In this document: in pieces, positions 1 to 11,539 of the stretch
Numbering within the stretch: the first letter of the stretch is position 1
How the letters are laid out: the number at the start of each line of letters is the position of its first letter
NCBI GenBank assembly: GCA_965227145.1
Contig: OZ245730.1
Location: 2,916,646 to 2,980,645, forward strand
Direction: 5' to 3'
Source of the DNA: Calditrichia bacterium
GTDB lineage: Bacteria; Calditrichota; Calditrichia; RBG-13-44-9; J075
DNA: 64,000 nt
Program-made: the position numbers and the translations under genes
The notes under the pieces: generated by a model
Told to the model about the DNA's origin: nothing
Databases searched by the model: none
What the model saw: the letters and a program-made list of their open reading frames with translations, nothing else

Positions 1-188
1 ACGCACGTTTTGTCTGCGGTGGTTGTTAGTGTGCAAATCGTTTTGTGCTGTTCTAACTGGCGGTTGTACCGGACGAAACCGCAGGGCTGGCAGTTTCTTT
101 CTAAAAAATATTCTGTGCAAATAAGTTTAATAAAATCAGCCGGTTGTGTGCAAGTGTTTCGCCGGTAAACCTTTTTGTTAGAAAAAAT

Positions 189-479
189 ATGAAGTTAAAA
201 GATCAATTATTGTTTCACCTTAAAAATCATATGCACAAACTAATTGATGATAACGATTTTGGTTTATTAGAGGATACAGCAAATTTATCGAACGCTTTGC
301 AAACTGGTAAATTGGAACAATTGCCATACGATGAACAAATATTTTGGCTTAATAAAGTTGATGGAATATATCGCTATTTTATTAGGGATGGAAATCCAAA
401 TTACTGTAACAACTCCGATATAAAAAAAATATTAGAAATTATTGGTTCAGAATTAAAATCTTTAAAAAAGAAGTTATAA
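189..479 (+). CDS. Cassette-borne hypothetical protein (96 aa)
   Basis: ATG 5 nt after R' of the first attC. The listed ORF extension back to 144 lies inside the attC. A near-identical truncated copy is at 29714. Confidence 0.75.
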   Translation: MKLKDQLLFHLKNHMHKLIDDNDFGLLEDTANLSNALQTGKLEQLPYDEQIFWLNKVDGIYRYFIRDGNPNYCNNSDIKKILEIIGSELKSLKKKL

Positions 480-778
480 CTAAACTTCAAGCCAAATAGA
501 AAGCCAATTTGAGGGATAAATATTTAAGAGTCGGTTTTCGTAAGTGAAAGGTTTTCAGTAGTTTATATTTTTGGTTGTTTGCAAGTTTGTAAGTTTTGTG
601 TGTTTTTTCTCTGTATTTTTTTCGTGGTAAAATTCAGTTTTTGCGGTTCTAACTTTCGGTTGTACCGGACGCAACCGCAGGGCTGTGCTTTCGTTCTAAA
701 TTTTAGTTTGTGCAAATGGGTTGTAAAACATCAGCAAATTCGGTGCAAGTGTTGCGCCGGTAAACCGTGTTGTTAGAT

Positions 779-1017
779 TCGGTTTTGTGTTTTCAGAAAA
801 GAAAAACTCCAAAAAATGGAGCAATTGCCAACGCCAAAATAATATTTAAAAAGATGTCCGTAAACGAAAGTGAAAGCTGATTTGACGAATAATATTTAAG
901 AGTCGGCTTTTCGTAAGTGAAAGGTTTTCAGTAGTTTATATTTTTGGTTGTTTGTAATTCAGTAAGTTTTGTGTGTTTTAGCGGCGTATTTTTTCGTGGT
1001 AAATTTAAGTGTTGCGG
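779..1017 (+). repeat. ORF-less cassette family A (11 copies, ~240 bp body)
   Basis: Bodies at 779-1017, 1851-2089, 3364-3603, 3736-3975, 4108-4348, 6582-6820, 9732-9971, 11817-12057, 12565-12806, 13932-14173, 14306-14545. Shared 5' half up to TATTTAAGAGTC, then the tail TTTTCGTAAGTGAAAGGTTTTCAG...TTCGTGGTAAA...TTGCGG. No conserved ORF. Confidence 0.88.
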
Positions 1018-1150
1018 TTCTAACTTTCGGTTGTACCGGACGCAACCGCAGGGCTGTGCTTTTGTTCTAAATTTTAGTTTGTGCAAAATGGGTTGTAAAA
1101 TATTAGCAAATTCGGTGCATGTGTTGCGCCGGTAAACCGTGTTGTTAGAT

Positions 1151-1394
1151 TCAGTTTTGTATTTTTCAAAAAAGAAAAGACTCCAGAAAACGGAGCAATT
1201 GCAAACGCAGAAATAATTTTTAAAGGACGTCCGCAAACCAAAGAGTAAGCCAATTTGCGGGATAAATATTTAAGAGTCCGCGCTTCAAAGAGTGTGGTTT
1301 TGGCAGGTTTTATTTTTACTTTTTTGATTTCTGTCAGTGTTTTGATCAGTCAAAATTTTTTTATTTTTCAGTGCAATGCAATTTAGTGTTGTGG
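1151..1394 (+). repeat. ORF-less cassette family B (2 copies)
   Basis: Bodies at 1151-1394 and 19632-19877. Same 5' half as A, different tail (GTGTGGTTTTGGCAGG...CTGTCAGTGTTTTG). Confidence 0.85.
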
Positions 1395-1526
1395 TTCTAA
1401 CTGTCGGTTGTACCGGACGCAACCGCAGGGCTGTGCTATCTTTCTAAATTTTAGTTTGTGCAAAATGGTTGTAAAATATTAGCAAATTCGGTGCAAGTGT
1501 TGCGCCGGTAAACCGTGTTGTTAGAT

Positions 1527-1718
1527 GGCAAAACGAAAAAGACGAAGAACATTTTGGGCTGTTGAGAAAACATAAACTCTTATCTGTTTTGGTTTACCAT
1601 TTAGTGGTGAACGTTCGTTTTTTGGTGCCAGTTTCTACATGTCGTTTGTTTGCGTCGTTGGTTGCCAACGCATATTTTTTCTGCGGTGGTTGTTTGTGCG
1701 CAAGTACGTTTTGTGCTG
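1527..1718 (+). repeat. ORF-less cassette family D (8 complete copies + 1 partial, ~190-203 bp body)
   Basis: Bodies at 1-50 (partial), 1527-1718, 7552-7742, 12939-13132, 13264-13466, 13599-13798, 14678-14870, 17230-17429, 20009-20209. Conserved hairpins GTTTACCA-N5-TGGTRAA and CGTTGG-NTG-CCAACG. Not alignable by eye to the A/B/C 5' half. Confidence 0.88.
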
Positions 1719-2220
1719 CTCTAACTGGCGGTTGTACCGGACGAAACCGCAGGGCTTGCGGTTTCTTTCTAAAAAATATTTGTGCAAATAAGTTGTATAA
1801 AATCAGCTAATTATGTGCCGGTGTTTCGCCGGTAAACCTTTTTGTTAGATTCAGTTTTGTATTTTCAGAAAAGAAAAACTCCAAAAAATGGAGCAATTGC
1901 CAACGCAAAAATAATATTTTAAAGATGTCCGCAAACCAAAGCGAAAGCTAATTTGATGAATAATATTTAAGAGTCGATTTTTCGTAAGTGAAAGGTTTTC
2001 AGTAGTTTATATTTTTGGTTGTTTGTAAATCTGTAAGTTTTGTGTGTTTTTCGCGGTGTATTTTTTCGTGGTAAAATTTAGTGTTGCGGTTCTAACTTTC
2101 GGTTGTACCGGACGCAACCGCAGGGCTGTGCTTTTGTTCTAAATTTAAGTTTGTGCAAACAGTTGTAAAATATCAGCAAATTCGGTGCATGTGTTGCGCC
2201 GGTAAACCGTGTTGTTAGAT

Positions 2221-2465
2221 TCAGTTTTGTATTTTTACAAAAAAGAAAAGACTCCGAAAAATGGAGCAAAAGCCAACGCAAAGTAAATATTTTAAAGACG
2301 TCCTCTTTTCGTAAGTGAAAGCCAGTTTGCGGGATAAATATTTAAGAGTCGGTTTAATTTAGTGCTGGGTTTTTGCAAGTTTATATTTTGGTTTTGTGGT
2401 CAACTGCGGGCTTCTGTAAAAATGTAAGTCAGTTGGCGGAGCTTTGTAAAAACAAAGTGTTGCGT
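2221..2465 (+). repeat. ORF-less cassette family C (4 copies)
   Basis: Bodies at 2221-2465, 6205-6449, 12189-12433, 19254-19499. Same 5' half as A, tail with CAACTGCGGGCTTCTGTAAAAATGTAAGTCAGTTGGCGGAGC. Confidence 0.87.
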
Positions 2466-2609
2466 TTCTAACTTTCGGTTGTACCGGACGCAACCGCAGG
2501 GCTGTGCTTTTGTTCTAAAAAATATTTGTGCAAATGGGTTGTAAAAATTCAGCAAATTGTGGCGTAGTGTTGCGCCGGTAAACCTTTTTGTTAGCCTAAA
2601 GGAGAATCG

Positions 2610-3218
2610 ATGCCAAGGTTTTCAATCTTCAGTGATGAAAAAAGACTTGAACAATCGATAAAAGATGTTCATTCAAAACTCAAAGATGGTTGTGACACTA
2701 AAGCGATACCAGAATCATTGGCAGATATTTACCAGGAAAAAGAGATTGAAAAATTGTTGCAAATAATAAAAAGCATAAATAATGAAAATCCAAATTCCTT
2801 AAAAAAAGCTATCTTTAAATCTGCTGCTTTTACCGCATTGCTGATAAATTTCTTAACTGTATATTTACTTTTTTATGATGGAATAAATCAAGATTGGAAT
2901 CAATCAATTCGGTTATTTTTATTGTTGTCAAGTAACATTATTGTAATAATTGGCATACTAAATAGATATACTTTTTTATATATTTTTGCAATCGCTTGTG
3001 GCATTTTAATGTTGTATCCTGAGGCTCAATTCAGACTTCTAACAAAATATTTATCAACAACATTGTCTATTTATATTATCGCGGTAACTGTTGTAATAGC
3101 ACTTGTGTTAATATTTTTTAGCTGGATTTTAAAACGTTCTAGCTCAATAGAATTGTATTCGGTAAGTAAAATTCTAAAACAAAATAGTTTAGACTTTGAA
3201 GAATTTTTAACAAAGTAA
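2610..3218 (+). CDS. Cassette-borne membrane protein (~4 TM helices)
   Basis: AAGGAG RBS before the ATG; four hydrophobic segments; fills the cassette between attC sites. Confidence 0.8.
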   Translation: MPRFSIFSDEKRLEQSIKDVHSKLKDGCDTKAIPESLADIYQEKEIEKLLQIIKSINNENPNSLKKAIFKSAAFTALLINFLTVYLLFYDGINQDWNQSIRLFLLLSSNIIVIIGILNRYTFLYIFAIACGILMLYPEAQFRLLTKYLSTTLSIYIIAVTVVIALVLIFFSWILKRSSSIELYSVSKILKQNSLDFEEFLTK

Positions 3219-4499
3219 GGTTAATATTTTTGGCTAACTGTCGGTTGTACCGGACGCAACAGCAGGGCTGTGCTTTTGTTCTAAATTTTAAGTTGTGCAA
3301 ATGGGTTGTAAAACATCTGCAAATTTGGTGCAAGTATTGCGCCGGTAAACCGTGTTGTTAGATTTAGTTTTGTGTTTTCAGAAAAGAAAAAACTCCAAAA
3401 AATGGAGCAATTGCCAACGCTGAAATAATATTTTAAAAGATGTCCGCAAACGAAAGTGAAAGCTGATTTGACGAATAATATTTAAGAGTCGGTTTTTCGT
3501 AAGTGAGAGGTTTTCAGTAGTTTATATTTTTGGTTGTTTGCAGTTTCGTAAGTTTTGTGTGTTTTTCGCTGTATTTTTTTCGTGGTAAATTTTAGTGTTG
3601 CGGTTCTAACTTTCGGTTGTACCGGACGCAACCGCAGGGCTGTGCTTTCGTTCTAAATTTTAGTTTGTGCAAATAAGTTTAATAAAATCAGCAAATTGTG
3701 GCGTAGTGTTGCGCCGGTAAACCGTGTTGTTAGATTCAGTTTTGTGAGTTTTTAAAAGAAAAGGCTCCAAAAAATGGAGCAATTGCCAACACAAAAATAA
3801 TATTTTAAAGATGTCCGCAAACCAAATCGAAAGCTAATTTGATGAATAATATTTAAGAGTCGGTTTTACGTAAGTGAAAGGTTTTCAGCAGTTTAATTTT
3901 TGATTGTTTGTAAATCTGTAAGTTTTGTGGGTTTTTCGCGGCGTATTTTTTCGTGGTAAAATTCAGTTTTTGCGGTTCTAACTTTCGGTTGTACCGGACG
4001 AAACCGCAGGGCTGGCAGTTTCTTTCTAAAAAATATCTGTGCAAATAAGTCAAATAAAATCAGCCGGTTGTGTGCAAGTGTTTCGCCGGTAAACCTTTTT
4101 GTTAGATTCAGTTTTGTATTTTCAGAAAAGAAAAACTCCAAAAAATGGAGCAATTGCCAACGCAGAAATAATATTTTAAAAGACGTCCGCTTTCCGTAAG
4201 TGAAAGCCAATTTGATGAATAATATTTAAGAGTCGGTTTTTCGTAAGTGAAAGGTTTTCAGTAGTTTATATTTTTGGTTGTTTGTAAAACCTTAAGTTTT
4301 GTGTGTTTTTCGCAGTTTATTTTTTCGTGGTAAAATTCAGTGTTGCGGTTCTAACTTTCGGTTGTACCGGACGCAACCGCAGGGCTGTGCTTTCGTTCTA
4401 ATAAATATTTTGTGCAAATAAGTAAAATAAAATCAACCGGTTGTGTGCAAGTGTTTCGCCGGTAAACCTTTTTGTTAGGACTAAAAAACTTGTAAAAAA

Positions 4500-4883
4500 A
4501 TGACAGAAATTATCTCAGAGTTAGAAAAAGAATATTACAAATACGGTAAAATCATAGAAGCTCCGAAAAAATTTTTACAATTTCATACGATACCGCAACA
4601 TGATGGAAGAGCACATATAGAATATGAAGGCAGCGACTTAATTTATGTGATTACTGAAAGAGGAATTAGATTTAATGAAAAAAGGACTACAAACCCGGAT
4701 GAATTATTATTCTGGTTAATAAGTGATCTAACATTTGAGATAGCAAACGAACTCAGTATAAATGAATGTAAAACAAATGAAGAATATAGAAAAAAACTAT
4801 TTTTAAGGCAGGAAGCACTAATAGGTCGCATAAACCAAGAATGGGAAAAACAATTAAAAAAATATCATGATAAACTATTGTAA
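4500..4883 (+). CDS. Imm63-family immunity protein (cassette-borne)
   Basis: Motifs DGRAHIE, YVITERG, DELLFWL, F.RQE.L...I...W resemble polymorphic-toxin immunity family Imm63. Confidence 0.7.
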   Translation: MTEIISELEKEYYKYGKIIEAPKKFLQFHTIPQHDGRAHIEYEGSDLIYVITERGIRFNEKRTTNPDELLFWLISDLTFEIANELSINECKTNEEYRKKLFLRQEALIGRINQEWEKQLKKYHDKLL

Positions 4884-5061
4884 ATCTTTGTATTACCTGC
4901 AACTGTCGTCCTAACTTCCGGTTGTACCGGACGCAACCGCAGGGCTGTGTTTTTGTTCTAAATTTTAGTTTGTGCAAAAGGGTTGTAAAATATCAGCAAA
5001 TTCGGTGCAAGTGTTGCGCCGGTAAACCGTGTTGTTAGACTTTATTAATAAATATTTTAAA

Positions 5062-5817
5062 ATGACAGATGCTCAGATAAAATATGGTACATGGAACATC
5101 AAGAAAGGATTTGTCCCTCCAAAGGACTCCGTGACCTTGTTTGACGAATACAGACCTTCTGACAAGCTCAGCTTGGTCGTCACACAAACGAATTTAACCT
5201 CATATCAACAACAAAAAAATATAGATGAGTGGTGTGACAAACTACCTGCATTGAGTGAAGTAAAGTTCCTTTGGATGCCTTCTAAAGTGAATCAGAAAAT
5301 TTTTGACGCAGTTTGTAAAATGTCAAACATTGAAGGTTTGTGGATAAAATGGAGTGGAATCAAAAAATTAGATCAATTAGCCCAACTTAAAAATCTAAAG
5401 TATTTTAAGCTTGGAAGTTCGTCACAAGTTGAAAGCATAGAAGCCCTTGAAAGCTTGACAAATCTTGAAACTTTGGAATTAGAGCAATTAAATAAAATAA
5501 CAAACTTCAATGTAATCGGGAGCTTAACTCAATTGCAAGGGCTAGGTCTTGATGGTAGTTTGTGGACAGCTCAAAAAATTGATTCTTTGGAACCAGTCAG
5601 CTATTTAGAGAAATTGAAATATTTAACTACAACCAATTCTCAAATCAAAGACAAATCATTTGACCCATTATTAGGATTGACTGAATTAGTGCGGTTTAAT
5701 TGTTCATGGAACTATCCTGAGTCAGAATTTGAAAAATTGAATTCATTGCCTAATCTAAAGTACGGGAATATTGAGACTTCCTGGAAAGAATTGAAAGCCA
5801 AAATGAGAATAGAATAA
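5062..5817 (+). CDS. Leucine-rich repeat protein (cassette-borne)
   Basis: Repeated LxxLxxLxxLxL units (LAQLKNLKYFKL, LESLTNLETLEL, IGSLTQLQGLGL). Start taken at the first ATG after the attC. Confidence 0.85.
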   Translation: MTDAQIKYGTWNIKKGFVPPKDSVTLFDEYRPSDKLSLVVTQTNLTSYQQQKNIDEWCDKLPALSEVKFLWMPSKVNQKIFDAVCKMSNIEGLWIKWSGIKKLDQLAQLKNLKYFKLGSSSQVESIEALESLTNLETLELEQLNKITNFNVIGSLTQLQGLGLDGSLWTAQKIDSLEPVSYLEKLKYLTTTNSQIKDKSFDPLLGLTELVRFNCSWNYPESEFEKLNSLPNLKYGNIETSWKELKAKMRIE

Positions 5818-6971
5818 AAAGTGTACCAAAAGAACAATAAGCAATAGCTTCCTTCGGGATGCTAATGCTCTCAGCCAAAAGAATTTTAACAAAACCAATA
5901 TTAAAAAAATTCCTTTTTTTAAATTGGTGATAAAGCAGATTTTGACAGTGATTCTTATCCGTAATTGTGGTTTATAACCACTGTAGTAAAATCGGGTCTT
6001 CTGTTATCTGTCAGTGTTTTTTGGTCATTCAACGTGTTGTAAATTGGTCTTGTGCAAACCGTAGCTCTGCTCGTCTAACTATCGGTTGTACCGGACGCAA
6101 CCGCAGGGCTGTGCTTTTGTTCTAAGTTTTAGTTTGTGCAAATGGGTTGTAAAATATCAGCAAATTGTGGCGTAGTATTGCGCCGGTAAACCGTGTTGTT
6201 AGATTTCGATTTTGTATTTTTTCAAAAAAGAAAGACTCCAAAAAATGGAGCAAAAGCCAACGCAAAGTAAATATTTTAAAGACGCCCTCTTTTCGTAAGT
6301 GAAAGCCAGTTTGCGGGATAAATATTTAAGAGTCGGTTTAATTTAGTGCTGGGTTTTTGCAAGTTTATATTTTGGTTTTGTGGTCAACTGCGGGCTTCTG
6401 TAAAAATGTAAGTCAGTTGGCGGAGCTTTGAAAAAACAACGTGTTGCGGTTCTAACTTTCGGTTGTACCGGACGCAACCGCAGGGCTGTGCTTTTGTTCT
6501 AAATTTTAGTTTGTGCAAATGGGTTGTAAAATATCAGCAAATTCGGTGCAAGTGTTGCGCCGGTAAACCTTTTTGTTAGATTCAGTTTTGTATTTTCAGA
6601 AAAGAAAAACTCCAAAAAATGGAGCAATTACCAACGCAAAGTAAATATTTTAAAGACGTCCGCTTTTCGTAAGTGAAAGCCAGTTTGCGGGATAAATATT
6701 TAAGAGTCGGTTTTCGTAAGTGAAAGGTTTTCAGTAGTTTATATTTTTGAGTGTTTGTAAATCTGTAAGTTTTGTGTGTTTTTCGCAGTTTGTGTTTCGT
6801 GGTAAAATTCAGTGTTGCGGTTCTAACTTTCGGTTGTACCGGACGCAACCGCAGGGCTGTGCTTTTGTTCTAAATTTTAGTTTGTGCAAATGGGTTGTAA
6901 AATATCAGCAAATTTCGGCGTAGTGTTGCGCCGGTAAACCGTGTTGTTAGAGCATCAGGGATAATAGAAGA

Positions 6972-7412
6972 ATGAATAAATGCTTGTATATGATGTTGAA
7001 GTTGATTCTGCTTATTCTATTTTTAATTCTTCCAACCAATATTTTTTCAAATAACGAAAAAAGTGAAAATTTTGATTATTTCATTATTGATTTTTTTGCA
7101 AATCAAGAATTCCAAAAAAGTAGAACGCTTTTTCCATTGGAGTATACTTATTATGATCCTGGGCTTGAAGTAGATAACGATATAATTACAGTATATTTAT
7201 CCGAGTCTGATTGGAAACCGATGACGGATACAAGCTATATTCAAAGTGAGTATTTCCATAGGATATATGACAATTTCGATGCAAAACTACGCGATACCGG
7301 AAAACGTGTATTTGCATACGAAGGGAGTGAGACTTGTCTCAAAATTTATCTATATTTTGAGCTTAGGGAAGAAAAGTGGTTCTTAATAAAAAAAGAGGAT
7401 TTCAGTTCGTAA
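6972..7412 (+). CDS. Secreted protein, DUF4348-like (cassette-borne)
   Basis: Signal peptide; ENFDYFI..F...EFQKSR..FPL motif and C-terminal YFE....KWFL. Confidence 0.6.
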   Translation: MNKCLYMMLKLILLILFLILPTNIFSNNEKSENFDYFIIDFFANQEFQKSRTLFPLEYTYYDPGLEVDNDIITVYLSESDWKPMTDTSYIQSEYFHRIYDNFDAKLRDTGKRVFAYEGSETCLKIYLYFELREEKWFLIKKEDFSS

Positions 7413-8287
7413 TCGGTTCCTCTAACTTTCGGTTGTACCGGACGCAACCGCAGGGCTGTGCTTTCGTTCTAAATTTTAGGTTGTGCAAATGGGTTGTAAA
7501 ATATCAGCTAATTCGGTGCAAGTGTTGCGCCGGTAAACCGTGTTGTTAGAATGCAAATTAAAAAAGACGAAAAACATTTTGGGTTGTTGGAAAAACATAA
7601 ACTATTATTTGTTTTGGTTTACCAGTTTGTGGTAAACGTTCGTTTTTTGGTACCAGTTTCTACATGACGTGTTTTTGCGTCGTTGGTTGCCAACTCGCGT
7701 TTTGTCTGCGGTGGTTGTTTGTGTGCAATTTATTGTGTGCTTTTCTAACTGGCGGTTGTACCGGACGCAACCGCAGGGCTGGCAGTTTCTTTCTAAATTT
7801 TACTTTGTGCAAATAAGTTGTATAAAATCAGCTAATTATGTGCCGGTGTTTCGCCGGTAAACCTTTTTGTTAGATTTTTAAAATCAAAGTTTATGAAGAA
7901 TATTATAATCATTATTCTATTTCTTGTACAATCAACGATAGCTCAATCATCCAAAGTTGAATATTGGGAGCACTTTTCCGAAAATGATAAACTAGAAATT
8001 CTTAAAGATTCTAGAGTAACAGAGACAATGAAAGCAATTTATAATAGTGTATCACCTGAAGAAATTGATTTTGAAGGGATAGAAACATTATTAGATACGA
8101 TATGTATATTTAATAACAAATTACAACCACTCTATTTCTTTTTATTTAACAACCTAATAATAATCGCGGACGGGTATCTTGCAGAATCAATGGGATATTA
8201 TTCATATAAAATTATAAATCAGGATGCTATTTATGTATTGAAATATCTACAGGAAAAGCCGGAAATCAGGGCTAAATACATAAGTTA

Positions 8288-9393
8288 TACTCACACTAAA
8301 TTGGTTTGGGAAAATCCCATCAATTGAATATCTTTATCCATGCTAGAATTAGATGACAACACCCGGCGCGAATTAAAGCTTTTGCAGAAGCGTCCGTCCA
8401 ACAAACGCATTTATATCAAAGTCACTGTATTGTTGATGCTGGACAAAGGTCTTTCTGTCCAGGTGATTGCCGATTTTTTAGGCATTGATGACAACACCGT
8501 CTACCGCTATCGTGACAGCTATCTCACCAACGGACTGAAAGATTATCTGGCATCCAATTATTTTCGATACAATGGCAAACTCACTGATGAAGAAAAAGCC
8601 CGGCTCGTTGCAGAACTGACTGAATACCTGTATCCAAGCAGCGCTGCTGTTGGTGAATTTATCGCGGCGACCTTCAACAAGCACTATTGTGAAAGTGCTG
8701 TTTCCACACTGCTGAACCGTTTGGGCTTTGTTTACAAAAAGACCAAATCCGTTCCTTCAAAAGCGGATTCGGCTGCCCAAAGACGGTTTGTTAAAAAGCT
8801 ACACAGATTGTTGAAAAAACAGGATGTTAATGCTATTTTCTATTTCAACGACGCAGCGCATCCCCAACACAATACCCGTCCGGCATATGGCTGGATACCA
8901 AAGGGTGAGGATGTTGGTATTCCCTCAAATACCGGTCGTAAACGCCTGAATATTAATGCTGCCATCAACGCCGAAGATGTTGGCGACATTGTTTTTCGTG
9001 AAGATGAACAGATCAATTCCCAATCAACCATCGCCCTTTGGGAAGCCCAGCATGCGAAACATCCGGGTAAAAAGATCTATAACATCTGTGACAACGCCAG
9101 ATACTACAAAAGTCACCTCATTCAGGAATGGTTAAAGAAGAATAAATGGTGCAAAGTGATATATTTACCGGCATATTCGCCAAACCTGAACATTATCGAA
9201 CGATTATGGAAGTATTTACGAAAATCGGTCATCGATTATTTTTACTATGAAAAGTATAGTGATTTCAAGGTTGCAATATTGACATTTTTTGAAACGATTG
9301 AGCAGCATAGGCAACCCTTAACTTCTTTGCTTACGCTTAATTTTCACATCCCATAAAAATGGTTATTTGTCCCTAACCAATTTCTTTTGGGTA
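8288..9393 (+). mobile_element. IS630-family insertion sequence
   Basis: Imperfect terminal inverted repeats TACTCACACTAAATTGGTTTGGGA / revcomp TACCCAAAAGAAATTGGTTAGGGA; TA target duplication at 8286-8287 and 9394-9395. Confidence 0.93.
8340..9356 (+). CDS. IS630-family transposase
   Basis: N-terminal HTH; DDE motifs FNDAAHP, ICDNARYY, LPAYSPNLNIIERLW. Confidence 0.95.
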   Translation: MLELDDNTRRELKLLQKRPSNKRIYIKVTVLLMLDKGLSVQVIADFLGIDDNTVYRYRDSYLTNGLKDYLASNYFRYNGKLTDEEKARLVAELTEYLYPSSAAVGEFIAATFNKHYCESAVSTLLNRLGFVYKKTKSVPSKADSAAQRRFVKKLHRLLKKQDVNAIFYFNDAAHPQHNTRPAYGWIPKGEDVGIPSNTGRKRLNINAAINAEDVGDIVFREDEQINSQSTIALWEAQHAKHPGKKIYNICDNARYYKSHLIQEWLKKNKWCKVIYLPAYSPNLNIIERLWKYLRKSVIDYFYYEKYSDFKVAILTFFETIEQHRQPLTSLLTLNFHIP

Positions 9394-10194
9394 TATTTAG
9401 GTTTTGAGTTTTATCATGCAGAAGATTCAAAATTTGAATTGGAGAAGTGGCAGTCAGAAATTATTAATAAGAACACTAAACATCTGGGGCAAGCTGATAT
9501 AAAAAGGATTGGGCAGTTTATAACTGCCTGTATTGCTGAAGCTGAACAAATAAAGATGGATGCTGACAAAAAAGATTGATGACAATAAAGAGAAAGCACA
9601 TCTAACTTTCGGTTGTACCGGACGCAACCGCAGGGCTGGCAGTTTCTTTCTAAAAAATATTTGTGCAAATAAGTAAAATAAAATCAGCCGGTTGTGTGCA
9701 AGTGTTTCGCCGGTAAACCTTTTTGTTAGAATGAAATTCCGGAAAAGTTGAAAAGAAAAAACACCAAAAAATGGAGTAATTGCCAACGCAAAGTTAATAT
9801 TTGAAAGACGTCCGCAAACGAAAGTGAAAGCTAATTTGACGAATAATATTTAAGAGTCGGTTTTACGTAAGTGAAAGGTTTTCAGTAGTTTATATTTTTG
9901 GTTGTTTGCAATTTTGTAAGTTGTTTGTGTTTTTCGCAGTTTGTGTTTCGTGGTAAAATTTAGTGTTGCGGTTCTAACTTTCGGTTGTACCGGACGCAAC
10001 CGCAGGGCTGTGCTTTTGTTCTAAATTTTAGGATGTGCAAATGAGTTGTAAAATATCAGCAAATTCGGTGCAAGTGTTGCGCCGGTAAACCGTGTTGTTA
10101 GGATGCCAAAATGTGACAATTTATGATTTTTTTTCGAATAATATAATTCTATCGGAATTCATTCAAACTCACTAATTCTTTTAAGGGGCAAATC

Positions 10195-10827
10195 ATGAAC
10201 TTATTGAAGCTCTGTTTTGTATTTTTCATCGGATTAACGGTTGTTATTAATGCTCAAAGCCATCCTGAAGATCTTACCACGACAAATAGTCTAAACCAGC
10301 CCATCACATTGATTGAAACCCAAACACAAAATATGACAACAAGCACCAGCACGCTAAGTTATGCTTTTAAGATCGGTGATGAAAAAAAAATAAGAAACGC
10401 AGGTTATTTCGGAAACGGGATTCGTCCCTTTGTTGAATCAAATCCCGAAGCTTTGGCAGAATGGAGTAAATTTAAGAAAAAGAGGGTTGTTAGTGTTATT
10501 GGCTATACAGGAACATTTGCATTTATGGGATTAGGTTTAGCGATCGGTTTAAATAAAGATACTGGCGAACAAGTATATGATCCCCGCGAAGGGAAAACAA
10601 TTAACAAAAAATCTCCAAAACCTTTGGGATTAACAATGATAGGGTTGTCAGTGGTTAGCTTAATTGTAGGCGGGTACAATTATTTTTCAGCCGGTAATCA
10701 TATGATTGAATCAGTACAAATTTATAATTCTAACTTAACGAGTGATAATTCATCAAAAATAGAATACAAACTACTACCCGAAATTAGGTCTGATAAAGCA
10801 CTAATAAGTCTCCATATTTCGTGGTAA
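10195..10827 (+). CDS. Cassette-borne exported/membrane protein
   Basis: Signal peptide plus two hydrophobic helices; AAGGGG RBS. Confidence 0.75.
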   Translation: MNLLKLCFVFFIGLTVVINAQSHPEDLTTTNSLNQPITLIETQTQNMTTSTSTLSYAFKIGDEKKIRNAGYFGNGIRPFVESNPEALAEWSKFKKKRVVSVIGYTGTFAFMGLGLAIGLNKDTGEQVYDPREGKTINKKSPKPLGLTMIGLSVVSLIVGGYNYFSAGNHMIESVQIYNSNLTSDNSSKIEYKLLPEIRSDKALISLHISW

Positions 10828-11104
10828 AGTGAAAATGAACCAATTTAAAGCAGAGCTATTTGTTTAGCTTTTGTAACTAATGTGTTAATTTCTGTATGGT
10901 CTGCAAACTTAAATTTGTTCTAATAATTTGATCTAAATTTAATGTTGCAATCCTAACTTTCGGTTGTACCGGACGCAACCGCAGGGCTGTGCTTTTGTTC
11001 TAAATTTTATTTTGTGCAAATGGGTTGTAAAACATCAGCAAATTTGGTGCAAGTGTTTCGCCGGTAAACCGTGTTGTTAGATTCAGTTAAGGAGAAAAAT
11101 TCAA

Positions 11105-11539
11105 ATGAGTAAGAATGTTAAAACAATTGTTTTTACGGTAATCGGACTTTTAATCGGTTATGTGGGATCGCAATTTCTTATTGATACAATTTTCAAGAAA
11201 CCTAATATTGAGGAAATTCTTGTGCAAGCAGCGCAAGAGATGAATAAATCTTGCCCAATAATTTTAGACCAAGATACAAGACTCGATACTACATTGGGTG
11301 GACCTGGGAAAAACTTTTCATATTTTTATACATTAGTAAACTATTCAAAAGAAGAAATTAATCAGGATACATTGATATCCTATTTAAAACCAAACATTAT
11401 TAATAATGTAAAAACCCATCCTCAAATGGCAATATTTAGAGAGAATGATATTACAATGAATTATAATTATAAAGACAAAGATGGAGTTTTTTTATTTATT
11501 ATTTCAGTCACACCGGAGGAATATAAAAATCAATTGTGA
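11105..11539 (+). CDS. Cassette-borne membrane-anchored hypothetical protein
   Basis: AAGGAG RBS; N-terminal TM helix; NKSCP...DQDTRLD motif. Confidence 0.75.
   Translation: MSKNVKTIVFTVIGLLIGYVGSQFLIDTIFKKPNIEEILVQAAQEMNKSCPIILDQDTRLDTTLGGPGKNFSYFYTLVNYSKEEINQDTLISYLKPNIINNVKTHPQMAIFRENDITMNYNYKDKDGVFLFIISVTPEEYKNQL

Larger units (their letters stand above)
7893..9579 (+). pseudogene. Cassette-borne secreted protein gene interrupted by IS630 (192 aa when rejoined)
   Basis: Removing 8288-9395 joins ...AKYISY to LGFEFYHAEDSK... in frame (7893-8287 + 9396-9579). Confidence 0.88.
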
